A stretch of 59,328 nucleotides of DNA, from assembly GCA_002502685.1 (NCBI GenBank), contig DAQA01000008.1, forward strand, positions 73,882 to 133,209, in the 5' to 3' direction. This document shows positions 38,588-48,118 of this stretch, in pieces. A program made the position numbers and the translations under genes. How positions within the stretch are numbered: position 1 is the stretch's first letter; the number at the start of each line of letters is the position of its first letter. The notes beneath the pieces were generated by a model. The model was given only the letters and a program-made list of their open reading frames with translations. It made no database searches and was not told the origin of the DNA. This DNA is from Euryarchaeota archaeon UBA202 (GTDB lineage: Archaea; Thermoplasmatota; E2; UBA202).

Positions 38588-40153
38588 GTGCATTGGGCAG
38601 ATGTTGCAGCAAAAAAACTATGTACAACTCAAAAGAAACATGTCCTAGCCACTGCCATAACGCCCTCGGGTCCCATTCATATCGGCAACATGCGGGAAAT
38701 CTTGACTACAGATGCCGTGTATCGTTCACTTGAAAAGACAGGATGCACAGGGGAGCTCATCTATATTGGCGATACCTTTGACCCCCTACGAAAAGTGTAT
38801 CCTTTTCTTCCCTCTCATTATAAAAAATATGTTGGAAAACCACTTGCTGAAATTCCCTGTCCCTGTGGATCCCATGACAATTATGCACAGCATTACCTCA
38901 ATCCTTTCCTGGATTGTCTAAAAAAACTGGGTGTCCAACCCACTGTCTATCTCGCGCATGAGATCTATGGAATGGGAAAATATCAAGAAGCAATCAAGGT
39001 GGCTGTCCAAAAAACAGATGAAATAAAACAAATCATTGAGGATGTAACAGGGAGGACTCTTCCCCCTGACTGGATTCCCTTAAATATCCACTGCGGCAAT
39101 TGTGGTAGATTGGATACAGAGATATTGGATCATCAGTATCCCTATGTTACCCACCAGTGTTCCTGTGGGCACAAGGAAACTATTGATATTCGGGTCAAGG
39201 GTACCTGTAAACTCCCCTGGCGGATTGATTGGCCTGCTCGATGGAAGATATTTCATGTCACCTTTGAGGCATTTGGGAAGGATCATGCGGCTGCGGGTGG
39301 ATCTTGGGATACAGGGAAGATCTTATCTGAAAAAATATTTCATTATCCTCCCCCCATGCCCCTAGTTTATGAATTTATCCATCTGAAGGATAAGGGAGCC
39401 ATGCATGGATCCACGGGTACAGCCATATCCGCTGAGGAAATGTTACAGATGACGCCGCCTGAAGTTTTACGTTTTCTTCTGATGAAACAAAATCCTGCCC
39501 GGCATATAGAATTTGATACGGGACTTGGTCTCTTAAATCTTGTTGATGAATATGATGAATATGAAGATGTTTATTTTGGTAAAAGCGATCCTAAGACAGG
39601 GATGAAAGAGGTTAAGCGTACCTATGAACTATCACAGCCCTATCATGTCCCGAGAAATATCTCCCCCCATATTCCCTATCGACATCTAGTTACACTTGCC
39701 CAAATAGGGCATACCTGGAAGGGTGTAAAAAAGATTTTGGTGAGAACAGAGCAAATATCCCTGGATTTGGATAAAGAGGAAGAATGCTATCTGTCACAGC
39801 GTCTTGAGAATGTTCAATATTGGCTGGATAATTTTGCCCCTGAGATGGTGAAATTTAAGATTTCATCTACACTGCTGGATATTGATTTAAGTTCCACTCA
39901 AAAAATATTTCTTTCCAGTGTTGCAAGGATTCTCCGGGAAACAGAATGGAAACCAGAGTTAATTCATTCAGCCATCTATACCGTGATTGAGGATTTGGAA
40001 AAACAGAAAAAAAAAGGATTTGCCGGGGAAGGTTTTCAAATCATTTACCAAGTATTACTGGGGAAAAAAAAGGGTCCACGAGCAGGATATTTTCTCTCCT
40101 CACTTGAGAAAGACTTTGTGATTAATCGCCTGGAGACGGCAGCCACGAAATAA
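38588..40153 (+). CDS. lysS: Lysine--tRNA ligase, class I
   Basis: HWAD, ITPSGPIHIGNMRE, KLPWRIDWPARW, GKDH, GPRAG. Confidence 0.96.
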   Translation: MHWADVAAKKLCTTQKKHVLATAITPSGPIHIGNMREILTTDAVYRSLEKTGCTGELIYIGDTFDPLRKVYPFLPSHYKKYVGKPLAEIPCPCGSHDNYAQHYLNPFLDCLKKLGVQPTVYLAHEIYGMGKYQEAIKVAVQKTDEIKQIIEDVTGRTLPPDWIPLNIHCGNCGRLDTEILDHQYPYVTHQCSCGHKETIDIRVKGTCKLPWRIDWPARWKIFHVTFEAFGKDHAAAGGSWDTGKILSEKIFHYPPPMPLVYEFIHLKDKGAMHGSTGTAISAEEMLQMTPPEVLRFLLMKQNPARHIEFDTGLGLLNLVDEYDEYEDVYFGKSDPKTGMKEVKRTYELSQPYHVPRNISPHIPYRHLVTLAQIGHTWKGVKKILVRTEQISLDLDKEEECYLSQRLENVQYWLDNFAPEMVKFKISSTLLDIDLSSTQKIFLSSVARILRETEWKPELIHSAIYTVIEDLEKQKKKGFAGEGFQIIYQVLLGKKKGPRAGYFLSSLEKDFVINRLETAATK

Positions 40154-40351
40154 AAATCCCTTGGTTACAACTCGTGGTTTAGATGCCATGTTTGACTTTT
40201 CTTTTGCCATCCCTATCTAAAACACGGATATAAAGATAGATATTATTGGTATATCTTTTATCACTCCCTTCCTATCTCCTTTTTTTGTTTTTCCCTTGGG
40301 TGGAGTATGGGCAGTACTTTTATAAATGATGATTGAATATTGGTGGCTGCT

Positions 40352-40864
40352 ATGGCAAAGACAAAACCTGGGAAAATGTACCGGGAAATCAGGGGTCAGG
40401 CATTTACCCGGCGGAAATACATGGGTGGTGTACCCAATCCTCGTATCACTCAATATGACTTGGGAAATAAAACAGAAAAGTTTCCAGTGGCGGTTCATTT
40501 GGTGGTGGATGAGCAATGCCAGATAATTCATAATGCCCTGGAGGCTGCCCGTATTGCAGCCAATCGATATATTGAAAAACAATCGGGTCGGCTGGGTTAT
40601 CATTTGAAGGTGCGTGTATATCCCCATAATGTTCTTCGGGAAAACAAACAGGCAACCGGGGCTGGTGCAGATAGGATTTCCCAGGGGATGAGTCAGTCAT
40701 TTGGGAAAAATGTGGGGACCGCGGCAAGGGTTCGTAGAAGCCAAAAAATTTTAACTATTTCTACCTCCAAGGATAATGTTGAGCATGCCAAGATGGCATT
40801 AAAGCGAGCCGGGGCAAAGCTTCCCGTGCACTGTAAAATCAAGATAGAGAACCTAGGGAGTTAA
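40352..40864 (+). CDS. rpl10e: 50S ribosomal protein uL16 (L10e)
   Basis: MYR...YMGGVP, HNALEAARIAANRY, LRENKQATGAGADRISQGM. Confidence 0.96.
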   Translation: MAKTKPGKMYREIRGQAFTRRKYMGGVPNPRITQYDLGNKTEKFPVAVHLVVDEQCQIIHNALEAARIAANRYIEKQSGRLGYHLKVRVYPHNVLRENKQATGAGADRISQGMSQSFGKNVGTAARVRRSQKILTISTSKDNVEHAKMALKRAGAKLPVHCKIKIENLGS

Positions 40865-41752
40865 TCCTACAATTCTTTCACAGGCTTCTAGATATTTTTT
40901 ACTTGTATTGGTGACCACATCCGGGGGTAATATAGGGGATTTTCCCTCTCCCTTCCAGCCAATACTGGCTAGATAATCCCGTACATATTGTTTATCCAGG
41001 GAGGGTTGAGAGACACCGGGTTGATAACGGTCAACTGACCAAAATCGTGATGAATCAGGCGTCAAAACCTCATCAATCACTATTACCTCCTCATCAATTA
41101 AGCCAAATTCAAATTTGGTATCAGCAATAAGGATGCCCCGTGATTTAGCATAGCTATGAGCATGGTCATACATCGCCAGTGATTTTTCTTTAAGGATTGA
41201 GGTTAACTCCTTTCCCACCACTTCCTCCATTTTTTTTTCGGATATATAGATATCATGTCCCTCATCAGCCTTTGTTGAAGGAGTAAAAATCGCCTGGGGA
41301 AGCTTTTCTGATTCCTCCATTCCCTGGGGTAATTTTATACCGCAAATACTTTTTTTTTCTTGATATTCCCGCCATGCAAATCCACTCAGGTATCCCCGGA
41401 CGATGCACTCTATTGGTATTGCCTCTGCCTTTTTTACCAGCATTGTTCTTCCCTCTAGTTCCGGGTTTCCCCATACCTCGGGGGGGAAATCCTTCATCTG
41501 GGTGGATATCAGGTGATGGGAGTCCTTTATTTTATGAAACCAGAATTCAGATATTTTGGTAAGACATATACCTTTGAGAGGGATGAGGGTATCTAGTACC
41601 CGGTCAAACGCCGAGATTCTGTCCGTGGCAATCACCAAGAGATTATCATCCAAGTCATATACGTCCCGGACCTTGCCTTTTTTCAAAATTTTAAGATCTA
41701 TATCTGTTGTTCCTACCGTCTTTGATTTCATGCCACTCCCACTCTTAATCAT
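40853..41752 (-). CDS. purC: SAICAR synthase
   Basis: GKVRDVY, TDRISAFD, ECIVRGYLSG, ADTKFEFG, DEVLTPDSSRFW, DKQYVRDYL. Confidence 0.96.
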   Translation of the reverse strand: MIKSGSGMKSKTVGTTDIDLKILKKGKVRDVYDLDDNLLVIATDRISAFDRVLDTLIPLKGICLTKISEFWFHKIKDSHHLISTQMKDFPPEVWGNPELEGRTMLVKKAEAIPIECIVRGYLSGFAWREYQEKKSICGIKLPQGMEESEKLPQAIFTPSTKADEGHDIYISEKKMEEVVGKELTSILKEKSLAMYDHAHSYAKSRGILIADTKFEFGLIDEEVIVIDEVLTPDSSRFWSVDRYQPGVSQPSLDKQYVRDYLASIGWKGEGKSPILPPDVVTNTSKKYLEACERIVGLTP

Positions 41753-42156
41753 TTTTTAATCGGGGCATATACTTCTATGCTTGTAAACAAGACAATAAAC
41801 ATCTCTTATTATTGCATCCTTGTTTAATTGTCTCTCTGTCATATCTTTTCATATCTCCCAAGCCCCTATTTTTTTTACTTACTTTGGCGGTAATACTACT
41901 TGTTCTATTTATATTTACTTTCATCTATAACTCTCCGGAATCCATTTCACCGGCACGAGGGTGACCTCACTTCCTCAAAACCAGAAATCAGACATTTTAT
42001 TCTTTATTTTAGGAATAAGAAAAAATGTAACATTTATAAGATTAGGGGCAATACATCTTTTTTTATAATATGGGAAACCCTTTTTTATCCCCCCGTGATT
42101 ACACCTGCAGATTCCTTGAAGGGAATGTTGTATCAGTAAACCAGGGAAAAAATTTC

Positions 42157-42363
42157 ATGATCTCAAAATATAAATATGGAATAATTGGATGCACCACTTG
42201 TCGTCAAGTTAAAGGAGTGAATCTTCATAATGTGACCACAAAATGTCCCCATTGCGGGAAAACCTTAAAGATCAAAGAACAAAGGATACTTTATGAGACA
42301 AGTAATGAACAAGAATTGCAAAAAATGGTTGGTAAAATAAATGAACAATTACAGAAGCATTAA
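42157..42363 (+). CDS. Small zinc-ribbon protein (DUF1922-like)
   Basis: IIGCTTC...TKCPHCGK; probable start ATG 42157. Confidence 0.7.
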   Translation: MISKYKYGIIGCTTCRQVKGVNLHNVTTKCPHCGKTLKIKEQRILYETSNEQELQKMVGKINEQLQKH

Positions 42364-42372
42364 TGCTATTTT

Positions 42373-43047
42373 ATGTGTAAGGAACAATCACTACAGATAG
42401 GGGATCTAAGGGGTGTACTACATTCCCCAGAATGTATCAGCCAATATTTTATTGTTGCTTGTCATGGTTTATATTCCACAAAGGACAGCCCAAAATATAA
42501 GGAAATGGGGGAACACTATAGTAACCAGGGCTACAATCTCCTCCGTTTTGATTTCTGGGGATGCGGCAAAAGCAAAGGAGATTTTTATCAATCAACTCTT
42601 ACCAATAGACTCCGTGATTTAAGACAGGTTCTCTTATATCTAAGAAACCACTATTCTGACCCCTGTATCGGCCTTTTTGGTTCCTCACTGGGTGGAGTGG
42701 TCTCTATTTTAACGGCATCACAGAATCTATGGCCAGAGATTCATGTCCTGGTTGTGTGGTCCACTCCTTGTTTTTTTGATGGCCTAGAGGAGCTCCCCGT
42801 GCAGTTTAGAAACGATCTTGGAAAATATGATATATTAGAGGCAGCTTCACGTCTTCCCCCAACGCTTTTTATACATGGTACCCGAGATAATTTGGTTCCC
42901 TCATCGCATGCACGTTCCTTTTATAAGCGAGCACCTTCCCCAAAAAAAATTTATTTTTTTGACACGGACCATGGTTTTTCTTCACCTATAGAAAGACAGA
43001 AAGCCCTTTTGTTATCCCTTTCCTGGTATGATACATATCTGCGGTAG
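42373..43047 (+). CDS. Alpha/beta hydrolase
   Basis: CHG, RFDFWGCGKS, GSSLGG nucleophile elbow, IHGTRDNLVP, DHGF. Confidence 0.9.
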   Translation: MCKEQSLQIGDLRGVLHSPECISQYFIVACHGLYSTKDSPKYKEMGEHYSNQGYNLLRFDFWGCGKSKGDFYQSTLTNRLRDLRQVLLYLRNHYSDPCIGLFGSSLGGVVSILTASQNLWPEIHVLVVWSTPCFFDGLEELPVQFRNDLGKYDILEAASRLPPTLFIHGTRDNLVPSSHARSFYKRAPSPKKIYFFDTDHGFSSPIERQKALLLSLSWYDTYLR

Positions 43048-43087
43048 ATTTTCTTAATAACAATTTTATACCTGTTATCTATTTTCT

Positions 43088-43984
43088 ATGATAATGAAAC
43101 ATAAAAAAGAACACAGATCTGCAAGGATTATCCATGCACTATTTTTTTTATGTATGTGTACTTTCTTGATATCTCCTCTAGTATGCATGGGTGATGATAT
43201 TGTAAAGACCCTTGAAGTGGGTGATCATACCATCTATGTAGAGCAAAAGGAAGACCTCAATGTTCAGGAAACCCTCCTTTTTAATTACACCGTTTATTAT
43301 CATACAGGTAATAGTTCGGGGGTTAAAAAACCATTATCCTATAATGGCACTCTTTATTTTTGGATTTCTGGCAAAAGCAAAGACGTGGCTATTGAATGCC
43401 AGGGTTTAGATGTTGTATTTCAAAGACTAGTAGCTACAAATGTGTCCATAAATCTAGGAGAAAATAATTTGTCGATTCCGCCCAATGGACACCTCATGGT
43501 TAATTTGTCTTATTCTCTCCCCCCTCCATTTGATAAGAAACTTGTCTATAAAACAGATGCTCTAGAGGTAACCATTGCTGCAGAGGATTATCCCCGGGGG
43601 AATATTCCCATCCATTATGATTCTTTGAGCGACACCTATGTTTCCATTCTCGGGGCACAGGATAGCTCTTTTTCGTTTACTCTTGATTTTGTCTCGTCTC
43701 CCTCTTCCTCAATATGGAATATGGTTACTCTTGTTTTACTTGGGTTGGTTATCCTGTCGGTGCTTATACTCCTTTTTATTCGCTATCGCCCTAAAAAAGA
43801 TAAGATAGCAAAGGAACCTACTGAGTCATTGGAATTGAGAAAAAAATTACTCATGGATATACTAAAAACTTTGGAAATAGAGAGAAGCAAGGGCAGGGTT
43901 CCTGACACCTATTATAGTGTTATAAAGGATGATTACAAGAAAGAGGCTGTGAAGGTCATTCAGGAGCTTGAAAAAAGAAAATAA
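43088..43984 (+). CDS. Hypothetical exported protein with C-terminal TM and coiled tail
   Basis: N-terminal signal, beta-rich middle, TM segment, charged helical C-terminus. Confidence 0.7.
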   Translation: MIMKHKKEHRSARIIHALFFLCMCTFLISPLVCMGDDIVKTLEVGDHTIYVEQKEDLNVQETLLFNYTVYYHTGNSSGVKKPLSYNGTLYFWISGKSKDVAIECQGLDVVFQRLVATNVSINLGENNLSIPPNGHLMVNLSYSLPPPFDKKLVYKTDALEVTIAAEDYPRGNIPIHYDSLSDTYVSILGAQDSSFSFTLDFVSSPSSSIWNMVTLVLLGLVILSVLILLFIRYRPKKDKIAKEPTESLELRKKLLMDILKTLEIERSKGRVPDTYYSVIKDDYKKEAVKVIQELEKRK

Positions 43985-43991
43985 AAAAAAA

Positions 43992-44066
43992 TAGCGGGGC
44001 ATGGATTTGAACCATGGATCTTCGGGTTATGGGCCCGACGGGTTTTCCTGACTACCCCACCCCGCT
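43992..44066 (-). tRNA. Initiator tRNA-Met(CAT)
   Basis: AGCGGGG...CCCCGCT A (A1:U72), three G-C pairs in the anticodon stem (TCGGG/CCCGA), loop CC-CAT-AA, GGTTCAAATCC. Confidence 0.96.
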
Positions 44067-44177
44067 ATATGGGTGTTATAGTTGTGCCTATAATAAAAAC
44101 AAGTATTTATTAAAGTATCGTTAGTTAGCTTTGAAAACATTTTTAGGTATTTTATCCATACCTGGTGATGCTTTAAT

Positions 44178-44260
44178 GCGGGGGTACCCGAGCGGTCAAA
44201 GGGGCAGGGCTTAGGACCCTGTGGCGTAGGCCTTCGAGGGTTCAAATCCCTTCCCCCGCA
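44178..44260 (+). tRNA. tRNA-Leu(TAG)
   Basis: GCGGGGG...CAGGG CT-TAG-GA CCCTG, long variable arm, GAGGG TTCAAAT CCCTT CCCCCGC A. Confidence 0.96.
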
Positions 44261-44307
44261 TAATTTTACTAGTAAAATTTATTACCCTATATGGTATACA
44301 CTATAGT

Positions 44308-44676
44308 ATGCCAAAACGGGAAACCAAGACCGATACCATAAAAGAAAGAGCTATCTATGTGTATCTTCCCTCCTTTGATACTGCACAGAGATGGAAGGAG
44401 CTGTCTGAAAAGGCCGGAACATCCATTTCCAAGTTTGTCATTGAACATGTCGAAAATTCGTTAGGGCAAGAAGAGGGTGATTATGAACCCCGGATACACC
44501 TCGTAAAAAAAATAAATGACCTAGAAGAAGAAGTAACAGACCTGTACGAAAAGATCAGACCTTTATACCGAGAGCTAGAAACATTGGAGGCAAGAATCCA
44601 CCGTAGACTTCAAAATCATCTTGATAAAGATGTTCTTGATGGAAACTGGGACTATTATCCTCTTCCAAAACCATAA
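44308..44676 (+). CDS. Ribbon-helix-helix-like DNA-binding protein with coiled coil
   Basis: RAIYVYLP strand followed by helices WKELSEKAGTSISKFVIEHVE; heptad-rich C-terminal half. Confidence 0.65.
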   Translation: MPKRETKTDTIKERAIYVYLPSFDTAQRWKELSEKAGTSISKFVIEHVENSLGQEEGDYEPRIHLVKKINDLEEEVTDLYEKIRPLYRELETLEARIHRRLQNHLDKDVLDGNWDYYPLPKP

Positions 44677-44752
44677 AAAATATGGATTTGTTTGATTCGT
44701 GCAATCTTTATAAGTAAACAGTCCATTAGTGTGTCAAGGAGGCCTGTGTGTA

Positions 44753-44875
44753 ATGAATAAAAAGGGTGGAGTTTTGGCAGTTTTCACTGTCACGCTACTG
44801 ATTGTAACGGGTTTTGGGAATGTTGCCTATGGTGGTGATGATTCCAAGAATGATTTAAAAACAGGTAAACCATAA
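44753..44875 (+). pseudogene. Orphan signal-peptide ORF (40 aa), probably a truncated secreted protein
   Basis: TTTATAA box, AAGGAGG SD, MNKKGGVLAVFTVTLLIVTGFGNVAYGGDDSKNDLKTGKP*. Confidence 0.5.
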
Positions 44876-44898
44876 AGAATGTGAAAGGGAGGAAAAAT

Positions 44899-45234
44899 AT
44901 GGCAATAACTTGGGCAAGCATAGAATTTACAAATCCTGTAAAAATTACACAGTGGGATCCACCGTATAGGGCTGCAGTATATGCAATAATGAGAAAAAAG
45001 GACCCAATAAACAAGCCAAATACATATACTTTAATCTATGTTGGAGAATCTGGTAACTTATCTGACAGAGGTTTTTATAAAAGCCATCATAAGTATCCTT
45101 GTTGGACTAGAGAGGCAGGAGTAGATGAAAATATATATATCTCAGTTTATTTAATGCCAAATTCGACAGAAGAGGAAAGAAGAGAAATTGAGGGGAATAT
45201 AGTTAAAAAAATTCATCCAGTTTGCAATGACTGA
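44899..45234 (+). CDS. Small GIY-YIG-like nuclease
   Basis: AVYAI...LIYVGESGNLSDR...ERREIE...PVCN pattern; GGAGG SD before ATG 44899. Confidence 0.7.
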   Translation: MAITWASIEFTNPVKITQWDPPYRAAVYAIMRKKDPINKPNTYTLIYVGESGNLSDRGFYKSHHKYPCWTREAGVDENIYISVYLMPNSTEEERREIEGNIVKKIHPVCND

Positions 45235-45378
45235 TTCGTTGTTTCACCAATATTTTCAAGGTCGATAAAGATTTAAAAACTGTAAAATGATGTAATGTAT
45301 AGCTACAGGGAAGTACATTTACTCACCATAAATGTGTGGTAGGATTTTATCCCCTATCATTCCCTGTATCCTCCAATT

Positions 45379-46701
45379 TTAAAGTTCTCCAAGATAATCA
45401 AATAGTCCCTTTTGTTCTTGTTCTGCTGTCACTTTTTCAATAATACCATTTAGTAAATCGTTGTTTTCTCTGATTGCATCTTTTTCTTTGATATAGAGAT
45501 GCAGTTCCTTCTTTTTTCCTTGTTGATTTTCTATTGATATTTTTGTGCGTTCAAGTTCATGATACAAAAGTATACTATTAAGTAACCTGTTAAAACTCGG
45601 ATTTAATAGCAATTCTTCTTTTAATGGAAATCTTTCTGGATATGAATTTAGGGTATAGTAGTAGTACGAGTTTCTGTCGAAAATCCGATATTTATTATAA
45701 ATGAGACATTTTTCATAATGTTCTTTGCTTTTATAATCCCCTTTATTTACTAATCCCATGATTCTTTTTTCTCTATCAGCAGGAGTTTGTTCAAAGGGAG
45801 GCCTTGTTGGGGGTCTAGTTATCCCAACGAATCCTGCTGTAAAAAACTGTGTTAAAATATCAGATGGAACAGCCTTATTATATTTTGGAATAGGATTAAT
45901 TTCTTTTTTTAAATGAGAGTAATATAACAGTACGTTCTTTAAACCCATAGTATAGTCAATTAATCTCATTAATGTCCTAACTCTTGCGAAATAGGTACTG
46001 CCTATATGGCTAGCGTTAAAATTAATCCAGATATTGGTGTAATTTTTCTCTTTATAGTGTTCAAGAATTGCCCTAATATGTTTCTGTGGAAGGTGGATTT
46101 GTATAGGTGCAAAAATTGGTTTTTTATTAAAATACGATAATATTCTTATACTTTCGTCTACAAATTTGACATAATCTTCGATAGAGATGTTTTTATGTTG
46201 TATTCTTACGTCAGGAGTTAATACAATTGTTTTTGAAGCTGTATGGATATAGTCAAGCAAACTTTCATATCCATCTTTTTCGATAGGTTCTATTATGGTT
46301 TTTTTTTCTCCTTTTCCATAGATATTTGTTATAAAAGGATTTTTTCCAAAAACAAGAGACAATGTTGAGAATGCATCGTCCCATAGATTTTTTCTTATGC
46401 CAAATATTTTATCTAACCCACGAATTTTTTCGCTTCCTGCCTCTTCTACCAAATATTTAATGTTTCTCAATGAACGCGGGTGAACAACATAGGACCAACT
46501 TTCATATATTGGTTTATCTATCTTCCCACTAACTAAACGGAAATCTTTTACATTTACATACTTACCATCTATTGTTTTGTACGGAGTAAAAATATCAATA
46601 TTCTGTCTTTCTATCTTAACCTCCCGTATTGTATATTTGCTGTCTTTTGTTGTAGCAATTTCCTGAAAATTAAGATGAGGATCATATTCGCTATCAACCA
46701 T
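45379..46701 (-). CDS. Divergent tRNA-guanine-transglycosylase (TGT)-like TIM-barrel protein
   Basis: Motif order follows TGT: IDIFTP, VLTPDV, KPIFAPIQ, YTNIWIN, PSDIL..F.AGFVG, RIFDR, terminal N..LYHEL...I helix; no CxCxxC Zn site; probable ATG 46701 with GAGG SD. Confidence 0.5.
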   Translation of the reverse strand: MVDSEYDPHLNFQEIATTKDSKYTIREVKIERQNIDIFTPYKTIDGKYVNVKDFRLVSGKIDKPIYESWSYVVHPRSLRNIKYLVEEAGSEKIRGLDKIFGIRKNLWDDAFSTLSLVFGKNPFITNIYGKGEKKTIIEPIEKDGYESLLDYIHTASKTIVLTPDVRIQHKNISIEDYVKFVDESIRILSYFNKKPIFAPIQIHLPQKHIRAILEHYKEKNYTNIWINFNASHIGSTYFARVRTLMRLIDYTMGLKNVLLYYSHLKKEINPIPKYNKAVPSDILTQFFTAGFVGITRPPTRPPFEQTPADREKRIMGLVNKGDYKSKEHYEKCLIYNKYRIFDRNSYYYYTLNSYPERFPLKEELLLNPSFNRLLNSILLYHELERTKISIENQQGKKKELHLYIKEKDAIRENNDLLNGIIEKVTAEQEQKGLFDYLGEL

Positions 46702-47272
46702 ATTTATTATCCTCAAATTCTAGTGTAGATAATATAGGTTTAACCAATGTATAGCGCTCTTTTTTGCCTATTCTAAATATATCTTTACCATTTTCAATTT
46801 CTTTGATTATTGTGTTCAATATCTCAATTCCAAAAGTATTATTTATCATTTTATCTTTATTACAGCTATCTCTGACGAATCCAATGCTGCCCACTAAATT
46901 ATTTTTCAGATACGGGAAATGTCGTAATACAAAATTATATGCTCTTCTTTCATCTATCACTAGATACGAAAGACTATGCTGCAGATAAAGAAAGTGAGCT
47001 ATTCCAATTGCTTCATATTCTCCATCTTCTTTATGTTTTATACTACGATTGAAATAAGGTTTAACAAGTTGCCAATAATCAACAACAATTGGTTTAACGG
47101 AATCTAAAAATTTATCATTATTGCTTAGAGGAGTGGGTATTTCTTTATTAACTCTATTACCAATATAAAAAAGGTAAAGGTTTGTAAAATGAAGTAACCA
47201 ATCTATTCTATTAAGTTCTTCTGCAAAACCGATGTAAAACGATGCATCAGCTGATACACAATTTCTTTCCAT
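46694..47272 (-). CDS. PIN domain ribonuclease-like protein (DUF3368-like)
   Basis: VSADASFYI, V..E, DGEYEAIGIA, LVIDERRAY, GSIGF acidic PIN signature. Confidence 0.8.
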   Translation of the reverse strand: MERNCVSADASFYIGFAEELNRIDWLLHFTNLYLFYIGNRVNKEIPTPLSNNDKFLDSVKPIVVDYWQLVKPYFNRSIKHKEDGEYEAIGIAHFLYLQHSLSYLVIDERRAYNFVLRHFPYLKNNLVGSIGFVRDSCNKDKMINNTFGIEILNTIIKEIENGKDIFRIGKKERYTLVKPILSTLEFEDNKYG

Positions 47273-47273
47273 T

Positions 47274-47849
47274 TTAATTGATTAATGATATATATCTCTC
47301 TTCATCCAAAAAACCTTTTCTCATTAATGATTTTATCAGTAACGGTTTTTGTTGATTTATATCTTCTGAAATATCTGAGTTTTGAACAAATTCTGGGTAG
47401 GTATCATAGATTAGTAAAAGCAATTCTTTCAAGGTTAACTTATCATAAAGTTCCCTCACCATTTTTATTCCAGCTAACAGATGAACAAATTCCTCCCTTT
47501 CAGCCATTTTTGAAAATAATCTCGCATATTCTTCGTTCCCAATATCAGTAACTACTACGCATCCTCCACTTATATTATCAGTTTTTTTTGGAGGGATATA
47601 TTCCCAGTGTTCATCAAGATAAACTGGGTCAAAAATAGTTTCTTGAATTTCTTTCGAAAAAGGTCCACGAAAATGCTTAATAAACCTCAAGAAAGGCTGT
47701 ATTTGTTTATCAAAGTTCCACAATAAAAAAACCTCTTTTTCAAGATGTAACATTGACATAGGCCTATCTACCATTCCCAGTACTAACAAAATGAAATTTT
47801 CAAGGCCTTTTTGTTTAATATCAATATTTACATTGTTTTCATCGTTCAT
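47274..47849 (-). CDS. YwgA/Panacea(SocA, DUF4065)-like winged-helix antitoxin-type protein
   Basis: LEKEVFLL...F..HFRGPFSKEI...VTDIG...LLLLIYDTYPE matches the LQKL.Y...GP motif family. Confidence 0.7.
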   Translation of the reverse strand: MNDENNVNIDIKQKGLENFILLVLGMVDRPMSMLHLEKEVFLLWNFDKQIQPFLRFIKHFRGPFSKEIQETIFDPVYLDEHWEYIPPKKTDNISGGCVVVTDIGNEEYARLFSKMAEREEFVHLLAGIKMVRELYDKLTLKELLLLIYDTYPEFVQNSDISEDINQQKPLLIKSLMRKGFLDEERYISLIN

Positions 47850-47900
47850 TTTGCCCCCTATTGGTAAACCTTACTTGTTTAATAATATTTATTTTCATAC

Positions 47901-48092
47901 CTATACCCCACTGAATATTTTAACTTTTAGCCAAGGATTATGATTTGATCCACACTTATCCCAAACGAGTTTATCACCCTTAGATAAATCTAGTGAATCA
48001 ATAATAAATTTTGGAATCGTCGTTCGCAACGAATCACTATCTTTTGTATTGGGATGTAAGATCGTTTCATTTGATTTGGCGTTTTTGGGCAT
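47901..48092 (-). CDS. AbrB/MazE/SpoVT family DNA-binding protein
   Basis: SLRTTIPKFIIDSLDLSKGDKLVW; probable start ATG 48092. Confidence 0.85.
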   Translation of the reverse strand: MPKNAKSNETILHPNTKDSDSLRTTIPKFIIDSLDLSKGDKLVWDKCGSNHNPWLKVKIFSGV

Positions 48093-48118
48093 GATACTAT
48101 AATACATAACCACTATTT

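Noticed and set aside
44667-45335. Recurring (A)ACCATAAA at ORF ends as possible cassette recombination sites
   Set aside because: Short and AT-rich, with no dyad structure and no nearby recombinase; chance is plausible.
45379-46701. Calling this gene dpdA or archaeosine tgtA
   Set aside because: It lacks the Zn motif, PUA domain, DSGG motif and dpd/que neighbours; only a divergent TGT-like fold is suggested.
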